IMG/VR virus record: IMGVR_UViG_3300042483_000388
DNA: 64,000 bases
From: a virus
Taxonomy: Duplodnaviria > Caudoviricetes
Strand: one strand, 5' to 3'
In this document: positions 9,465 through 17,968 of the stretch, one piece after another
Layout of the letters: every line of letters starts with the position of its first letter
Position numbering within the stretch: position 1 is the stretch's first letter
Made by a program: the position numbers and the translations under genes
Notes under the pieces: model-generated
Database searches by the model: none
Seen by the model: the letters and a program-made list of their open reading frames with translations, nothing else
What the model was told of the DNA's origin: nothing

Positions 9465-9977
9465 GTGAAAAAAATTATAAGATTAACAGAAAGAGATTTA
9501 ACAAGGATTGTTAAACGTGTAATTAATGAACAACTAGGTGGTTTATTAAGTATGCCAGACACAGGTCAAGATGTTGTAGGTCTAAATAAAGGATTTCAAC
9601 AATCAAGATGTAAAACTTACAAATCATATGGTGAATTGACTTTAGAATTATTTGGTAAATTAAGGGCCGTTGTAGGACAAACAAACTTATTAGATACAAC
9701 AATTCAATCGTGGATATCACGACTAAACAATTCAATGAAAGGTATTGGATCATCTAACGATTTGTCAAAGGTATTGTCTGAAATAAAAACTAAAGAACAA
9801 ATGGGTTCCGTATTAAACGCATATAATAAAAAATTTGGTAAAACATTATGGCAAGATTTAAGTGGTGAACAAACAATAACGTGGAATACAATTTGGGGAA
9901 TTGTCAAAAAATTTAAATCTGGAATATCAATGGATGGGTGTAAAGAATACCGTAAAAGTCAACCAGTTAACGCATAA
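9465..9977 (+). CDS. Leader-family protein carrying an annexin-repeat-like domain
   Basis: Leader MKKIIRLTERDLTRIVKRVINE; payload MKGIGS-[38 aa]-E with Y...FG..L..DL in annexin register; GTG start after TATTTAT at 9454. Confidence 0.7.
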   Translation: MKKIIRLTERDLTRIVKRVINEQLGGLLSMPDTGQDVVGLNKGFQQSRCKTYKSYGELTLELFGKLRAVVGQTNLLDTTIQSWISRLNNSMKGIGSSNDLSKVLSEIKTKEQMGSVLNAYNKKFGKTLWQDLSGEQTITWNTIWGIVKKFKSGISMDGCKEYRKSQPVNA

Positions 9978-9987
9978 TACCATTAAT

Positions 9988-10518
9988 ATGTCAAGAATTA
10001 TAAGACTTACAGAAAGAGATTTAACAAGAATTGTTAGACGAGTAATTAATGAACAAGTTCCCTTGATTAACCTTCTTGGTGCCGCTTCAGATGTTGGTCT
10101 CAATATTCCAAATTATGCGGACGATTTAACTGTTGCCAATAGAAATGCGACAAAAACTGGGTGTAAAGTTCCAAAAACAACGTTAGAAATGTGTCAAGAA
10201 TTATTTAATAACTTAATTAAGACCAAGGCACCAAAGATAGAAGATAAAAAAATCGGAGAATGGGTTTCACGACTAAATAAATCGGCGCAAGGGTTTGGTG
10301 GGGAGGATATATCAAAAATTTTATCTGAAATACCCACTCTTCCGGCAATGGTTAACGTATTTCAGATATATAACAAAATATATAAAAATACAAGATTTAA
10401 GGTAACGGCTGCCAATGATGAATGGAACAAAATTTGGGAAGTAATGAAAAAATATAACATTGGAAATAAGGTGGATTCGTGTAAAGAATATCACCCCAAT
10501 CCAACATTAAGCTCATAA
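9988..10518 (+). CDS. Leader-family protein, paralog of 9465-9977 (degenerate annexin-like repeat)
   Basis: Probable start ATG 9988 (MSRIIRLTERDLTRIVRRVINE); shares C.T...LE...W.SRLN.S..G.G..D.SK.LSEI and W..IW...KK...D.CKEY. Confidence 0.7.
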   Translation: MSRIIRLTERDLTRIVRRVINEQVPLINLLGAASDVGLNIPNYADDLTVANRNATKTGCKVPKTTLEMCQELFNNLIKTKAPKIEDKKIGEWVSRLNKSAQGFGGEDISKILSEIPTLPAMVNVFQIYNKIYKNTRFKVTAANDEWNKIWEVMKKYNIGNKVDSCKEYHPNPTLSS

Positions 10519-10536
10519 TGTCATTAATATAATATC

Positions 10537-10565
10537 AACCTCATCCATAACAGGTGTGGTTTTTT
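10537..10565 (+). terminator. Intrinsic terminator, repeat family B
   Basis: AACCTCATCCATAACAGGTGTGGTTTTTT. Confidence 0.65.
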
Positions 10566-10588
10566 GTTTTCCATTATATTTATCATAT

Positions 10589-11413
10589 ATGAAAATCATT
10601 CTTACAGAAGATCAGTGTGAACAATTAACTGAAATGATTAAACTTGACATCAAGGTGGGTGATACCATAATGGGTGGCAAGTTTAAAAATAAGAAGGTTG
10701 TTGTAAAAACAATTGGAAAAAATGATAAGGGAGATATCACAATTAACGGTAAACCATTATTGAGATTCAGAATTATAAAAGAAAATAACTTTCATTTGCT
10801 TAGAAGAGAATCTATGATAAAAAAAAAATTAGATTCAATAATTCAAAATAGGTTTACTAATGAAGAATTTCAATTTATGCCCTTTGAACATTTTAGATTA
10901 CACATATCTGATTATGTTGGTACCGAAATGGCACACGAACTTAATTTAATGGGAGATGAAAGAGTTACATTTAGAAATCAAATAATTCAGTATGTTCGTA
11001 ATCATTTTTATGAATATTTAAAAGAAATTTGGGAATCAAAACAAAACATTAATGAAAACACATCAATGTCTGAAAAAAACAAAAAGTTTTTAAAAAATAA
11101 ACTGAATATTGATTTCACAAATGGAATCAAACAAATAACATCTCAAGAGGATATCCCACGAGTTTTTATTGACGATGCTTTAAGTTGGGTGGGGTTAAGA
11201 AAGTCTTTAAATTTTTGGGGACCTATGTATCTATTTGAACTTGAAGGACGTAAACTTTTATATCAAGATAGGGGTGAGTTTGAATGGTTTATGGATGAAA
11301 ATGGTCATGACTATGTTGATGATGAAATTACTGAACATCTTGGGATTGGAATTATGGGTTTAAAATTCTCAGATATTGTTGACACATATTTTGAAGAGGA
11401 GGACCAAATATGA
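10589..11413 (+). CDS. Multi-module leader-family protein (MKIILTEDQCEQLTE; internal INE junction)
   Basis: Probable start ATG 10589. Modules: IKLDIKVGDTIMGGKFKNKK beta-domain, a helical segment, and a C-terminal KFLK..WGP.Y domain. Confidence 0.7.
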   Translation: MKIILTEDQCEQLTEMIKLDIKVGDTIMGGKFKNKKVVVKTIGKNDKGDITINGKPLLRFRIIKENNFHLLRRESMIKKKLDSIIQNRFTNEEFQFMPFEHFRLHISDYVGTEMAHELNLMGDERVTFRNQIIQYVRNHFYEYLKEIWESKQNINENTSMSEKNKKFLKNKLNIDFTNGIKQITSQEDIPRVFIDDALSWVGLRKSLNFWGPMYLFELEGRKLLYQDRGEFEWFMDENGHDYVDDEITEHLGIGIMGLKFSDIVDTYFEEEDQI

Positions 11414-11853
11414 AAATAATTATAACGGAAATTCAACTCAAAACGGTGATATTTCAAAACATTAATGAATCCACATCCAAAGAAAAAAATAAAAATTTTC
11501 TTAAAGATAAGTTTGGAATTGACCTTGACGGAAAAATTAAAATGATTCAAAGTTATGAAGATCTTCCACTTGTGTTTGCCTCTCATTTTTATCCAAAATC
11601 TTTTAACAGGATGTTAAATGATGGTGGTCCGTTTTATGTGTTAAACATTAATAAAGGTTATAAAATTGGTAATACATATGTAAACAAACTTTATTTATAT
11701 CGACCTCGAGTTGACGGATCTAGTTATTTAGTAGACCAAGATGGGTATAATAAAGCCGAATCCACTTTTTTGGAAAATCTTGGAATTGATGTGATGGGTT
11801 TAACGATTGAAGATTTAATTGATTTGTATTTTAATGAGGAGGATCAAATATGA
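11410..11853 (+). CDS. Leader-family protein with KFLK..GGP.Y domain
   Basis: ORF track; ends YFNEEDQI like the upstream gene (YFEEEDQI). Confidence 0.75.
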   Translation: MKIIITEIQLKTVIFQNINESTSKEKNKNFLKDKFGIDLDGKIKMIQSYEDLPLVFASHFYPKSFNRMLNDGGPFYVLNINKGYKIGNTYVNKLYLYRPRVDGSSYLVDQDGYNKAESTFLENLGIDVMGLTIEDLIDLYFNEEDQI

Positions 11854-12290
11854 AAGTAGAAATAAGTAAGACACAATATCAAAGGGTCATTTATAATTTA
11901 TTGGATACGTTGTATGGTCCAAAACTTTCATATGAAAGAAAAAATGATATGATATACATATATTCAAATGATAATGATCCTTTTGAAGATGAGTCGATTG
12001 GAGAAGGCGATGCGATATTTAGAGTTTATACGGGTAGTGGTAAAGGTAAAGGATGTAAAAAAGATTTGTATGTTACTTCTGAGACCGGAGAAGAAATAGA
12101 AGATTTTATACCAAAAGCCGCAACAAGAAAAAAATTATTCGCCAAAACTGTTATTTCTTATGTTAATGAAAAAACGGGACTTGATATTGATTGTATTGAT
12201 TTTTGGTATCAAACAGGTTTAGAGGATAATTCGTCTAGCTACGATAAATATAATTTTAATGTGAAAAAGAATAAAAAGATTAGAACATAA
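11850..12290 (+). CDS. Hypothetical protein, paralog of 7518-7928
   Basis: MKVEISKTQYQRVIYNLLDTLYGP...FNVKKNKK. Confidence 0.75.
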   Translation: MKVEISKTQYQRVIYNLLDTLYGPKLSYERKNDMIYIYSNDNDPFEDESIGEGDAIFRVYTGSGKGKGCKKDLYVTSETGEEIEDFIPKAATRKKLFAKTVISYVNEKTGLDIDCIDFWYQTGLEDNSSSYDKYNFNVKKNKKIRT

Positions 12291-12336
12291 ACAGTTAGGT
12301 TTTTGTTTTATAGACTATTTATAAATAAAAAATATT

Positions 12337-12894
12337 ATGAAACACTTATTAAATGACATGTCTTTTGAGGAAAGACAAAATATTAGAGAACAACACACAG
12401 GAGGAATGAAAGTTATGTCCGATAATTTCCGTAGATTGGTGAACGGAAAACTTGGAGATTCAAAACCATTGGTATCTGAGCAGGTTACGGGGGATACAAC
12501 CACAACACCTGTTGCTGGTGGTGGGGGTGCGGCCGTTGAGACATTTGATAATGTATTAAACACATCACCAAATGTTTTGTTTAATAAGTCTAGTGTTAAA
12601 AAATACAACACAGAGGTTGTTACTTGGAATCAGGGATTATCTGGTAAAATAGAAAACACATTTTATAAAAATTGTAATACAGGTGCGTTAACAAATACAA
12701 AAAAGGCCGCTGCAACCCCATCTCAAAACTTGTTTTCCACACGACTATGTAATGTTCTTTTCCCTAACTTACAAGTTGCAGTAAATGCTAGAGAATATTC
12801 CGCAAAACAAGCTCAATATATAAAAGACAACCCATCACAGACGGGAGCTCCAACACATTATAGAAGTGACGGATCAACTACAATGGATAACTAA
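12337..12894 (+). CDS. Putative virion protein with second-type leader (MKHLLNDMSFEERQNIREQH)
   Basis: ORF track; TATTTAT at 12316; LVSE junction. Confidence 0.7.
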   Translation: MKHLLNDMSFEERQNIREQHTGGMKVMSDNFRRLVNGKLGDSKPLVSEQVTGDTTTTPVAGGGGAAVETFDNVLNTSPNVLFNKSSVKKYNTEVVTWNQGLSGKIENTFYKNCNTGALTNTKKAAATPSQNLFSTRLCNVLFPNLQVAVNAREYSAKQAQYIKDNPSQTGAPTHYRSDGSTTMDN

Positions 12895-12902
12895 AAAAAT
12901 AT

Positions 12903-13382
12903 ATGGGTAATTATGTAGATTTATCGGATAAAGCTCTTAGGGTTATAATATTTACCCTAAATAGAGAATTTGACGAAAATGATATTGATATTGAAGGAAA
13001 TGATATTTTTCAAGAAGAAGTTGTTGAAGTTATTGATAAAGCGTTGGAATATTTTAATATAAAAGATCAAACCATTGAGTTATATTCATATTTCATTTCT
13101 CTATGTCTTTTAAATCCTGATTATTTAGATAAGAATGTCCCAATACAAAGACCTAGATTAAACAATTATGAAGTTATTCATAGTGAGTCAAATAGAGTTT
13201 GGCAAACTACCACATATAGAAACGTAATGCCATCATATATTGAGTTGGATAAAGATATGCTTGGAGATTTAAGGTCAATAGATTTATACGATTATTGGGA
13301 TGGTGAAATAATTAGTGAATATGTGGACGATAGTGAAACGACTGATGATGAGGTGGAGGAAATAAATATGATTCGCAAGTAG
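12903..13382 (+). CDS. Hypothetical acidic protein
   Basis: ORF track. Confidence 0.65.
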   Translation: MGNYVDLSDKALRVIIFTLNREFDENDIDIEGNDIFQEEVVEVIDKALEYFNIKDQTIELYSYFISLCLLNPDYLDKNVPIQRPRLNNYEVIHSESNRVWQTTTYRNVMPSYIELDKDMLGDLRSIDLYDYWDGEIISEYVDDSETTDDEVEEINMIRK

Positions 13383-13433
13383 AAAATTTAAATAAACTAT
13401 TTTCTTATGAAAATAATCAATTAGGATTAAATT

Positions 13434-13616
13434 ATGACAAACGAACAAAAAGGTGTTAGATATAGTCAACTAATGATGGAACACACCCATCTACAAAACA
13501 AAGTTGCAGAAATTAAAGGTCAATCAATTGAACTAAATGAACAACAGAGAATGGAAATTAAAGAACTACAACAAAAAATGATATATCTATTTAATTTGGC
13601 GACCAAACTTTATTAA
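13434..13616 (+). CDS. Small coiled-coil protein
   Basis: ORF track; heptad-like Q/E/L/K pattern. Confidence 0.6.
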   Translation: MTNEQKGVRYSQLMMEHTHLQNKVAEIKGQSIELNEQQRMEIKELQQKMIYLFNLATKLY

Positions 13617-13674
13617 ATTCCGATCAAGGTTATTTTTTTTTTGATTCATTTTATATTTATATAAAAAAATCACT

Positions 13675-13869
13675 ATGTCAAAAATTATAAGATTAAATGA
13701 AATAGAAATGAGTTCTTTAGTTAAGAAAGTTATTTCCAAATTAAAGGGAGTTTCCGAAAAACAAATCAACTATAACATAGAACATGATTTACCATGGGAT
13801 TGGACCGGAACTAAAGAAGGTTATCTTGAAAAATTGGAACCAAGGAAAAACAATTCTGGATCCAATTAA
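13675..13869 (+). CDS. Leader-family small protein (MSKIIRLNEIEMSSLVKKVI)
   Basis: ORF track; TATTTAT just upstream. Confidence 0.7.
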   Translation: MSKIIRLNEIEMSSLVKKVISKLKGVSEKQINYNIEHDLPWDWTGTKEGYLEKLEPRKNNSGSN

Positions 13870-13907
13870 ATGTTTTTTATTTTTTTAATTGACCTACATT
13901 TCTATTA

Positions 13908-14237
13908 ATGAAAAAAGCGACAATTAATTTATTTGATATGGTTTATGGGGAGATAGTCCCGATAGAATCAACCCTATTTGGTAGGGTGGTTTTTTTGTTC
14001 TACCCAGTTGATGGGGATACCCCTACCATTATCTATTACCCGAACACAAAAGAAATCAAAACACTTAGAGAACTTGAATCTGAGTTTTCATCCTTTATTC
14101 CGCTTGGTAGGGATAAATTTAAAGAATCGTACCAAATATGGTTAACAGAACGATATGGTGATGAGTTCACTATGAAAGGAATTGATTATTTGGAATTTGT
14201 TAGTAAAGAAACATTTGACCATTTACGATTATCATAG
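13908..14237 (+). CDS. Hypothetical protein
   Basis: ORF track. Confidence 0.6.
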   Translation: MKKATINLFDMVYGEIVPIESTLFGRVVFLFYPVDGDTPTIIYYPNTKEIKTLRELESEFSSFIPLGRDKFKESYQIWLTERYGDEFTMKGIDYLEFVSKETFDHLRLS

Positions 14238-14262
14238 TATTTATATAAAAAACATATCGTTT

Positions 14263-14307
14263 ATGAAAAAAATTAATGAATCGGCATTGCATAGAATAAT
14301 TTTATGA
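14263..14307 (+). CDS. 14-aa leader-only mini-ORF (MKKINESALHRIIL*)
   Basis: Hand translation; follows TATTTAT at about 14238; its TGA overlaps the ATG of the 14304 gene (ATGA). Confidence 0.4.
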   Translation: MKKINESALHRIIL

Positions 14308-14798
14308 AAAAAGTAATTAGATTAACCGAATCAGAATTTATTAGAACAATTAAACTTATTATTGAGGAAGTAGAAAATTCCCAAGCATCAGATATAAGCA
14401 AAGTTCAAAACCTTGTAAATTTGGAGGGGGGTAAAGTTGACGTTAAAGGACTTTTAAATAAAAATAACCCAATTTGTGAACCACCAATAACTGGTAACCA
14501 AGAAAATGATAACATCATTAAAAAAGTTTGGGATTGGGCACATGATCCATCAAATAGAAACGATCTAAAAACTACACTTAAAAATTTAAAGGACGCCATT
14601 TTTAAATCAAAGAAAGAACAAAAAACTGTAGAAGTAAATGAACAGGTTGGTGTTGGTATTGTAATTGGTGGTATAACCTTAGGTCCTAGTGTCTTAATCG
14701 CTATTGGTGCCGTATTAGTGATTATACTTATAATAGCTCTTATACCAAAGAAAAGTTCTTGTCAAAAAAGAAGTAAACAAAATTTTTGGGGAAACTAA
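14304..14798 (+). CDS. Leader-family protein with C-terminal transmembrane segment
   Basis: MKKVIRLTESEFIRTIKLIIEE; hydrophobic GVGIVIGGITLGPSVLIAIGAVLVIILIIALIP then a basic tail. Confidence 0.75.
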   Translation: MKKVIRLTESEFIRTIKLIIEEVENSQASDISKVQNLVNLEGGKVDVKGLLNKNNPICEPPITGNQENDNIIKKVWDWAHDPSNRNDLKTTLKNLKDAIFKSKKEQKTVEVNEQVGVGIVIGGITLGPSVLIAIGAVLVIILIIALIPKKSSCQKRSKQNFWGN

Positions 14799-14828
14799 TA
14801 AAATAAAATAAAACAATATAATATAAAA

Positions 14829-15647
14829 ATGAAAAAAAATCTATTTGTAATTAGCGAAAGTGAAAAAGAAAGAATACTTGGTATGCATCGTAATGCGACT
14901 AAAAGACATTACCTAGCAGAAGAACTGATACCCATTAAGGATAAAACTACAGGAAAGGTTAGTATGTACAACGGACCATTAGCTCCAACAGGATCGGATA
15001 AGATAACACAAATAGAGTTTGATACTATAATGAAAACTCAACAACCAACAACAGTTGCCGGAACATCTGGTACAACAACACCATCTGGTACAACTAATGT
15101 TGTAAAATTTAATATTATAAATGATAAAGATTATGAATATAAAAGAGAGGGTGACAAATATTCATTTAAAATTAGGGAAACTCCAGTTAGTCCAAAGGTT
15201 TTAGCGTTAAAACAACAAGGAAAATATGTTGATTGGACAGTAGCAACTGGAGCTGGATTAGATGCGATAAAAAAATTACCATTTAAAATTGACACTTCAC
15301 CCACGGAACCAATGAAAACTCTAAACCCAACGTCAGTATCATCAACCGCAACACAACTAAGTTTACCTGGAACTTCAGGAGCAACCGCAACTTCAGGAGC
15401 AACCGCAACTTCAGGAGCGTTACCACAACTTCAGGGAGTTGTTGACACCACTAATATGGCATCCGCAAAAGATATCCGTCAGGGATATAGACAAGGAAAA
15501 AGAGATGTTAGAGAGCTTGAGAGAGAGTTAAGACAAAATCAAAACACTCTTCAGAGAATGGCAAATAAAATGACACCAGAACAAAAGAAACAATACGAAA
15601 CTAAAATTGCTCAATTACAAATCCAAATAAATCAGTCCGCAACATAA
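14829..15647 (+). CDS. Putative virion protein (MKKNLFVISESEKERILGMH leader), Thr/Gly-rich linker, coiled-coil tail
   Basis: ORF track; leader and tail shared with 15655-16497. Confidence 0.75.
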   Translation: MKKNLFVISESEKERILGMHRNATKRHYLAEELIPIKDKTTGKVSMYNGPLAPTGSDKITQIEFDTIMKTQQPTTVAGTSGTTTPSGTTNVVKFNIINDKDYEYKREGDKYSFKIRETPVSPKVLALKQQGKYVDWTVATGAGLDAIKKLPFKIDTSPTEPMKTLNPTSVSSTATQLSLPGTSGATATSGATATSGALPQLQGVVDTTNMASAKDIRQGYRQGKRDVRELERELRQNQNTLQRMANKMTPEQKKQYETKIAQLQIQINQSAT

Positions 15648-15654
15648 TATAAAA

Positions 15655-16497
15655 ATGAAAAAAATTTTATTTGTAATTAACGAAAGTGAAAAAGAAAGAA
15701 TACTTGATATGCACAAAAGTGCCTCCAAAAGACATTACTTATCTGAAAAATCATCAGCGTTCAAAACTTTAAATGAACAGTTTAACCCAACTAATGGGAT
15801 ATACACAACTAAAAACGATCAATCTTTAATGTCTTCTATAGACTTTAATACTCAACACCCAAATAAAATACCTGCAGGTACAAAAATATATCATGACTAT
15901 AATAATAAAAGTAACACTAAAATTATTATAGGTAACACTGGTGTTGTTGCGTATTGTGATCGTAATTTATTTACATATAACGATTCAATTACTGACCTTA
16001 AGAATGATGGGTTTATGAATGTTATTAAAAGTGTTTTTTGTAATGGGAATAAATTAAAAACTTGGGACCAACTAACTAATAAGGTTGTTAAAGACAAGGT
16101 AAAAACCATTACAGGTGGTGGTGGGTCATTATCAGGAACTACTGAAATATCGGGAACAACTGGAACAACAAGTAATCTTAAGACTACGGAATTCCCCGAA
16201 ATAAAAATAACTCCACAGAAACTTCAGGGAGTTACAGGAACAACAGTTACGTCAGGAGCGACAGGATCTGTACCACCACTTCAGGGAGTTGTTGACACTA
16301 CTAATATGGCATCAAGAAGTGACATTCGTCAAGGATATAGACAAGGAAAAAGAGATGTTAGAGAACTTGAAAAAGAATTAAGACAAACTCAAAATACGTT
16401 ACAAAGACTGTCAAATAAAATGACACCAGAACAAAAGAAACAATACGAAACTAAAATTGCTCAATTACAAATCCAAATAAATCAATCGGCAAGATAA
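15655..16497 (+). CDS. Paralog of 14829-15647 with a different central domain
   Basis: 73-nt exact DNA identity 15562-15634 vs 16412-16484. Confidence 0.75.
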   Translation: MKKILFVINESEKERILDMHKSASKRHYLSEKSSAFKTLNEQFNPTNGIYTTKNDQSLMSSIDFNTQHPNKIPAGTKIYHDYNNKSNTKIIIGNTGVVAYCDRNLFTYNDSITDLKNDGFMNVIKSVFCNGNKLKTWDQLTNKVVKDKVKTITGGGGSLSGTTEISGTTGTTSNLKTTEFPEIKITPQKLQGVTGTTVTSGATGSVPPLQGVVDTTNMASRSDIRQGYRQGKRDVRELEKELRQTQNTLQRLSNKMTPEQKKQYETKIAQLQIQINQSAR

Positions 16498-16500
16498 TAA

Positions 16501-16914
16501 GTGGATAATAAGGATAAACTTAATAAACTTTTAAAGAATATATCGTTTGATACTAAAGTAAGGATTGACGTTCATTCAAGTTATTTTAATATAAATTATC
16601 GTTTGGAACTTTTAGGTAAAAAAGATATGATCAGTATGGGTGAATGGGTTACCTATGATGTTTTTAATGTTACCATATTTAATATGGATGAAAACTTAAA
16701 AAAAATAATTAAAGTTTTTGGGGATTTAATGAAGGTAAATCTATTTAAAGACTATGTTTTTATGAGTGATGTTAATGCTGGTGTTAGAAATGAGTTACAA
16801 TATTTTTCACCATCAGGAAACATATATGTCAAAATTAACGAAATTAAGATGTCACCAAATTTAGAAAAAGAAATAAACGACATTGATTTATCAAAATTTC
16901 CAACAAAAAACTAA
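16501..16914 (+). CDS. Hypothetical protein
   Basis: ORF track, GTG start. Confidence 0.6.
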   Translation: MDNKDKLNKLLKNISFDTKVRIDVHSSYFNINYRLELLGKKDMISMGEWVTYDVFNVTIFNMDENLKKIIKVFGDLMKVNLFKDYVFMSDVNAGVRNELQYFSPSGNIYVKINEIKMSPNLEKEINDIDLSKFPTKN

Positions 16915-16958
16915 ACTTTTTTAAATTGTCATATATTTATTAATATAAAAAAAATATT

Positions 16959-17453
16959 ATGAAAAAAATTAGATTAACAGAATCGGAATTCCATTCATTA
17001 GTTAAGAGAATGGTTATGGAAGTACAAGATCAAATGATGGAACCAGAAATGTCGGAAAATATTTTTGGGGATATCGGTAAAGGTTTAAAAAAATTTAGAA
17101 AGGGTTATGGATCTAAAGAAGAAAGAGACGAAATGAAAAAAGAGTTCATGGGCGATCTTGAAAGAATGGAAGATAAAATGATGGACATGGGATTCGATAA
17201 AACTCAATATGGTGATGAAGAAAATTGGGAAGAAGAAAAAGAAGATTTAATTGATCAAGCTGAAGAAAATGATTTTATGGGTTCATTAGGTGAAAACATT
17301 TACGTTAAAAAGTTTAAAATAAAATATACACCAGGAAAAACGGGAGCTCAACATATGGTTGCAGGACTTAAAAGTGGTGCTGGTTCCGCAGTAAGAAGTG
17401 GTATGAGTAAAGGAACTGCTAATGAAAATAGAAGAACATATAGAAGATTTTAA
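16959..17453 (+). CDS. Leader-family protein (MKKIRLTESEFHSLVKRMVME) with ANE-NRRTYRRF tail
   Basis: ORF track; TATTTAT at 16934. Confidence 0.75.
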   Translation: MKKIRLTESEFHSLVKRMVMEVQDQMMEPEMSENIFGDIGKGLKKFRKGYGSKEERDEMKKEFMGDLERMEDKMMDMGFDKTQYGDEENWEEEKEDLIDQAEENDFMGSLGENIYVKKFKIKYTPGKTGAQHMVAGLKSGAGSAVRSGMSKGTANENRRTYRRF

Positions 17454-17492
17454 TTAATAAATTAAAACAAAAAAAAACCGTAGTCCTAAAGA

Positions 17493-17933
17493 TTATGGTT
17501 TTTTTGTTTTAGATAAATTACCATTATTTTTACCATTTAAAATTAAATAATCTAATTTGTTTAGAGAATCCAATCCAGAATAATTAATTTTATCTAACAC
17601 ATCATCTATCGTTAAAGTCTCCTTAAAGAATGTTGATAATATATCATAATTTTCATCATTAAACAAGATTGGATCTATTTCTTTTGATATAAGGTAATCT
17701 TTTGTTTTAATCTCAAATTCAAGTAGATATCCCTTTTCTAAAAAGAAATTTTTTATGTTCTCAATTACGGATAAATCGTTAAAAATAAAAATCCTATCTG
17801 ATGATTTATCAGAATTATCTATTACCACTAAATCAAAATTTTCTTCTCCCAAAATTTCAATAAATTGAGAGAACATAACTCTTGCCTGTTTTCTATCTTT
17901 TGGTCCAGAAATTTTATAATATGCCACTTCCAT
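17493..17933 (-). CDS. Hypothetical protein
   Basis: ORF track; probable start MEVAYY at 17933. Confidence 0.6.
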   Translation of the reverse strand: MEVAYYKISGPKDRKQARVMFSQFIEILGEENFDLVVIDNSDKSSDRIFIFNDLSVIENIKNFFLEKGYLLEFEIKTKDYLISKEIDPILFNDENYDILSTFFKETLTIDDVLDKINYSGLDSLNKLDYLILNGKNNGNLSKTKKP

Positions 17934-17968
17934 ACAGCAAATATAAAACATTTATTAAATAAAAAAAA

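Noticed and set aside
14829-16497. Diversity-generating retroelement template/variable repeat pair
   Set aside because: The shared stretch is identical or differs at synonymous positions rather than template adenines; both copies are coding; no reverse transcriptase in the window.
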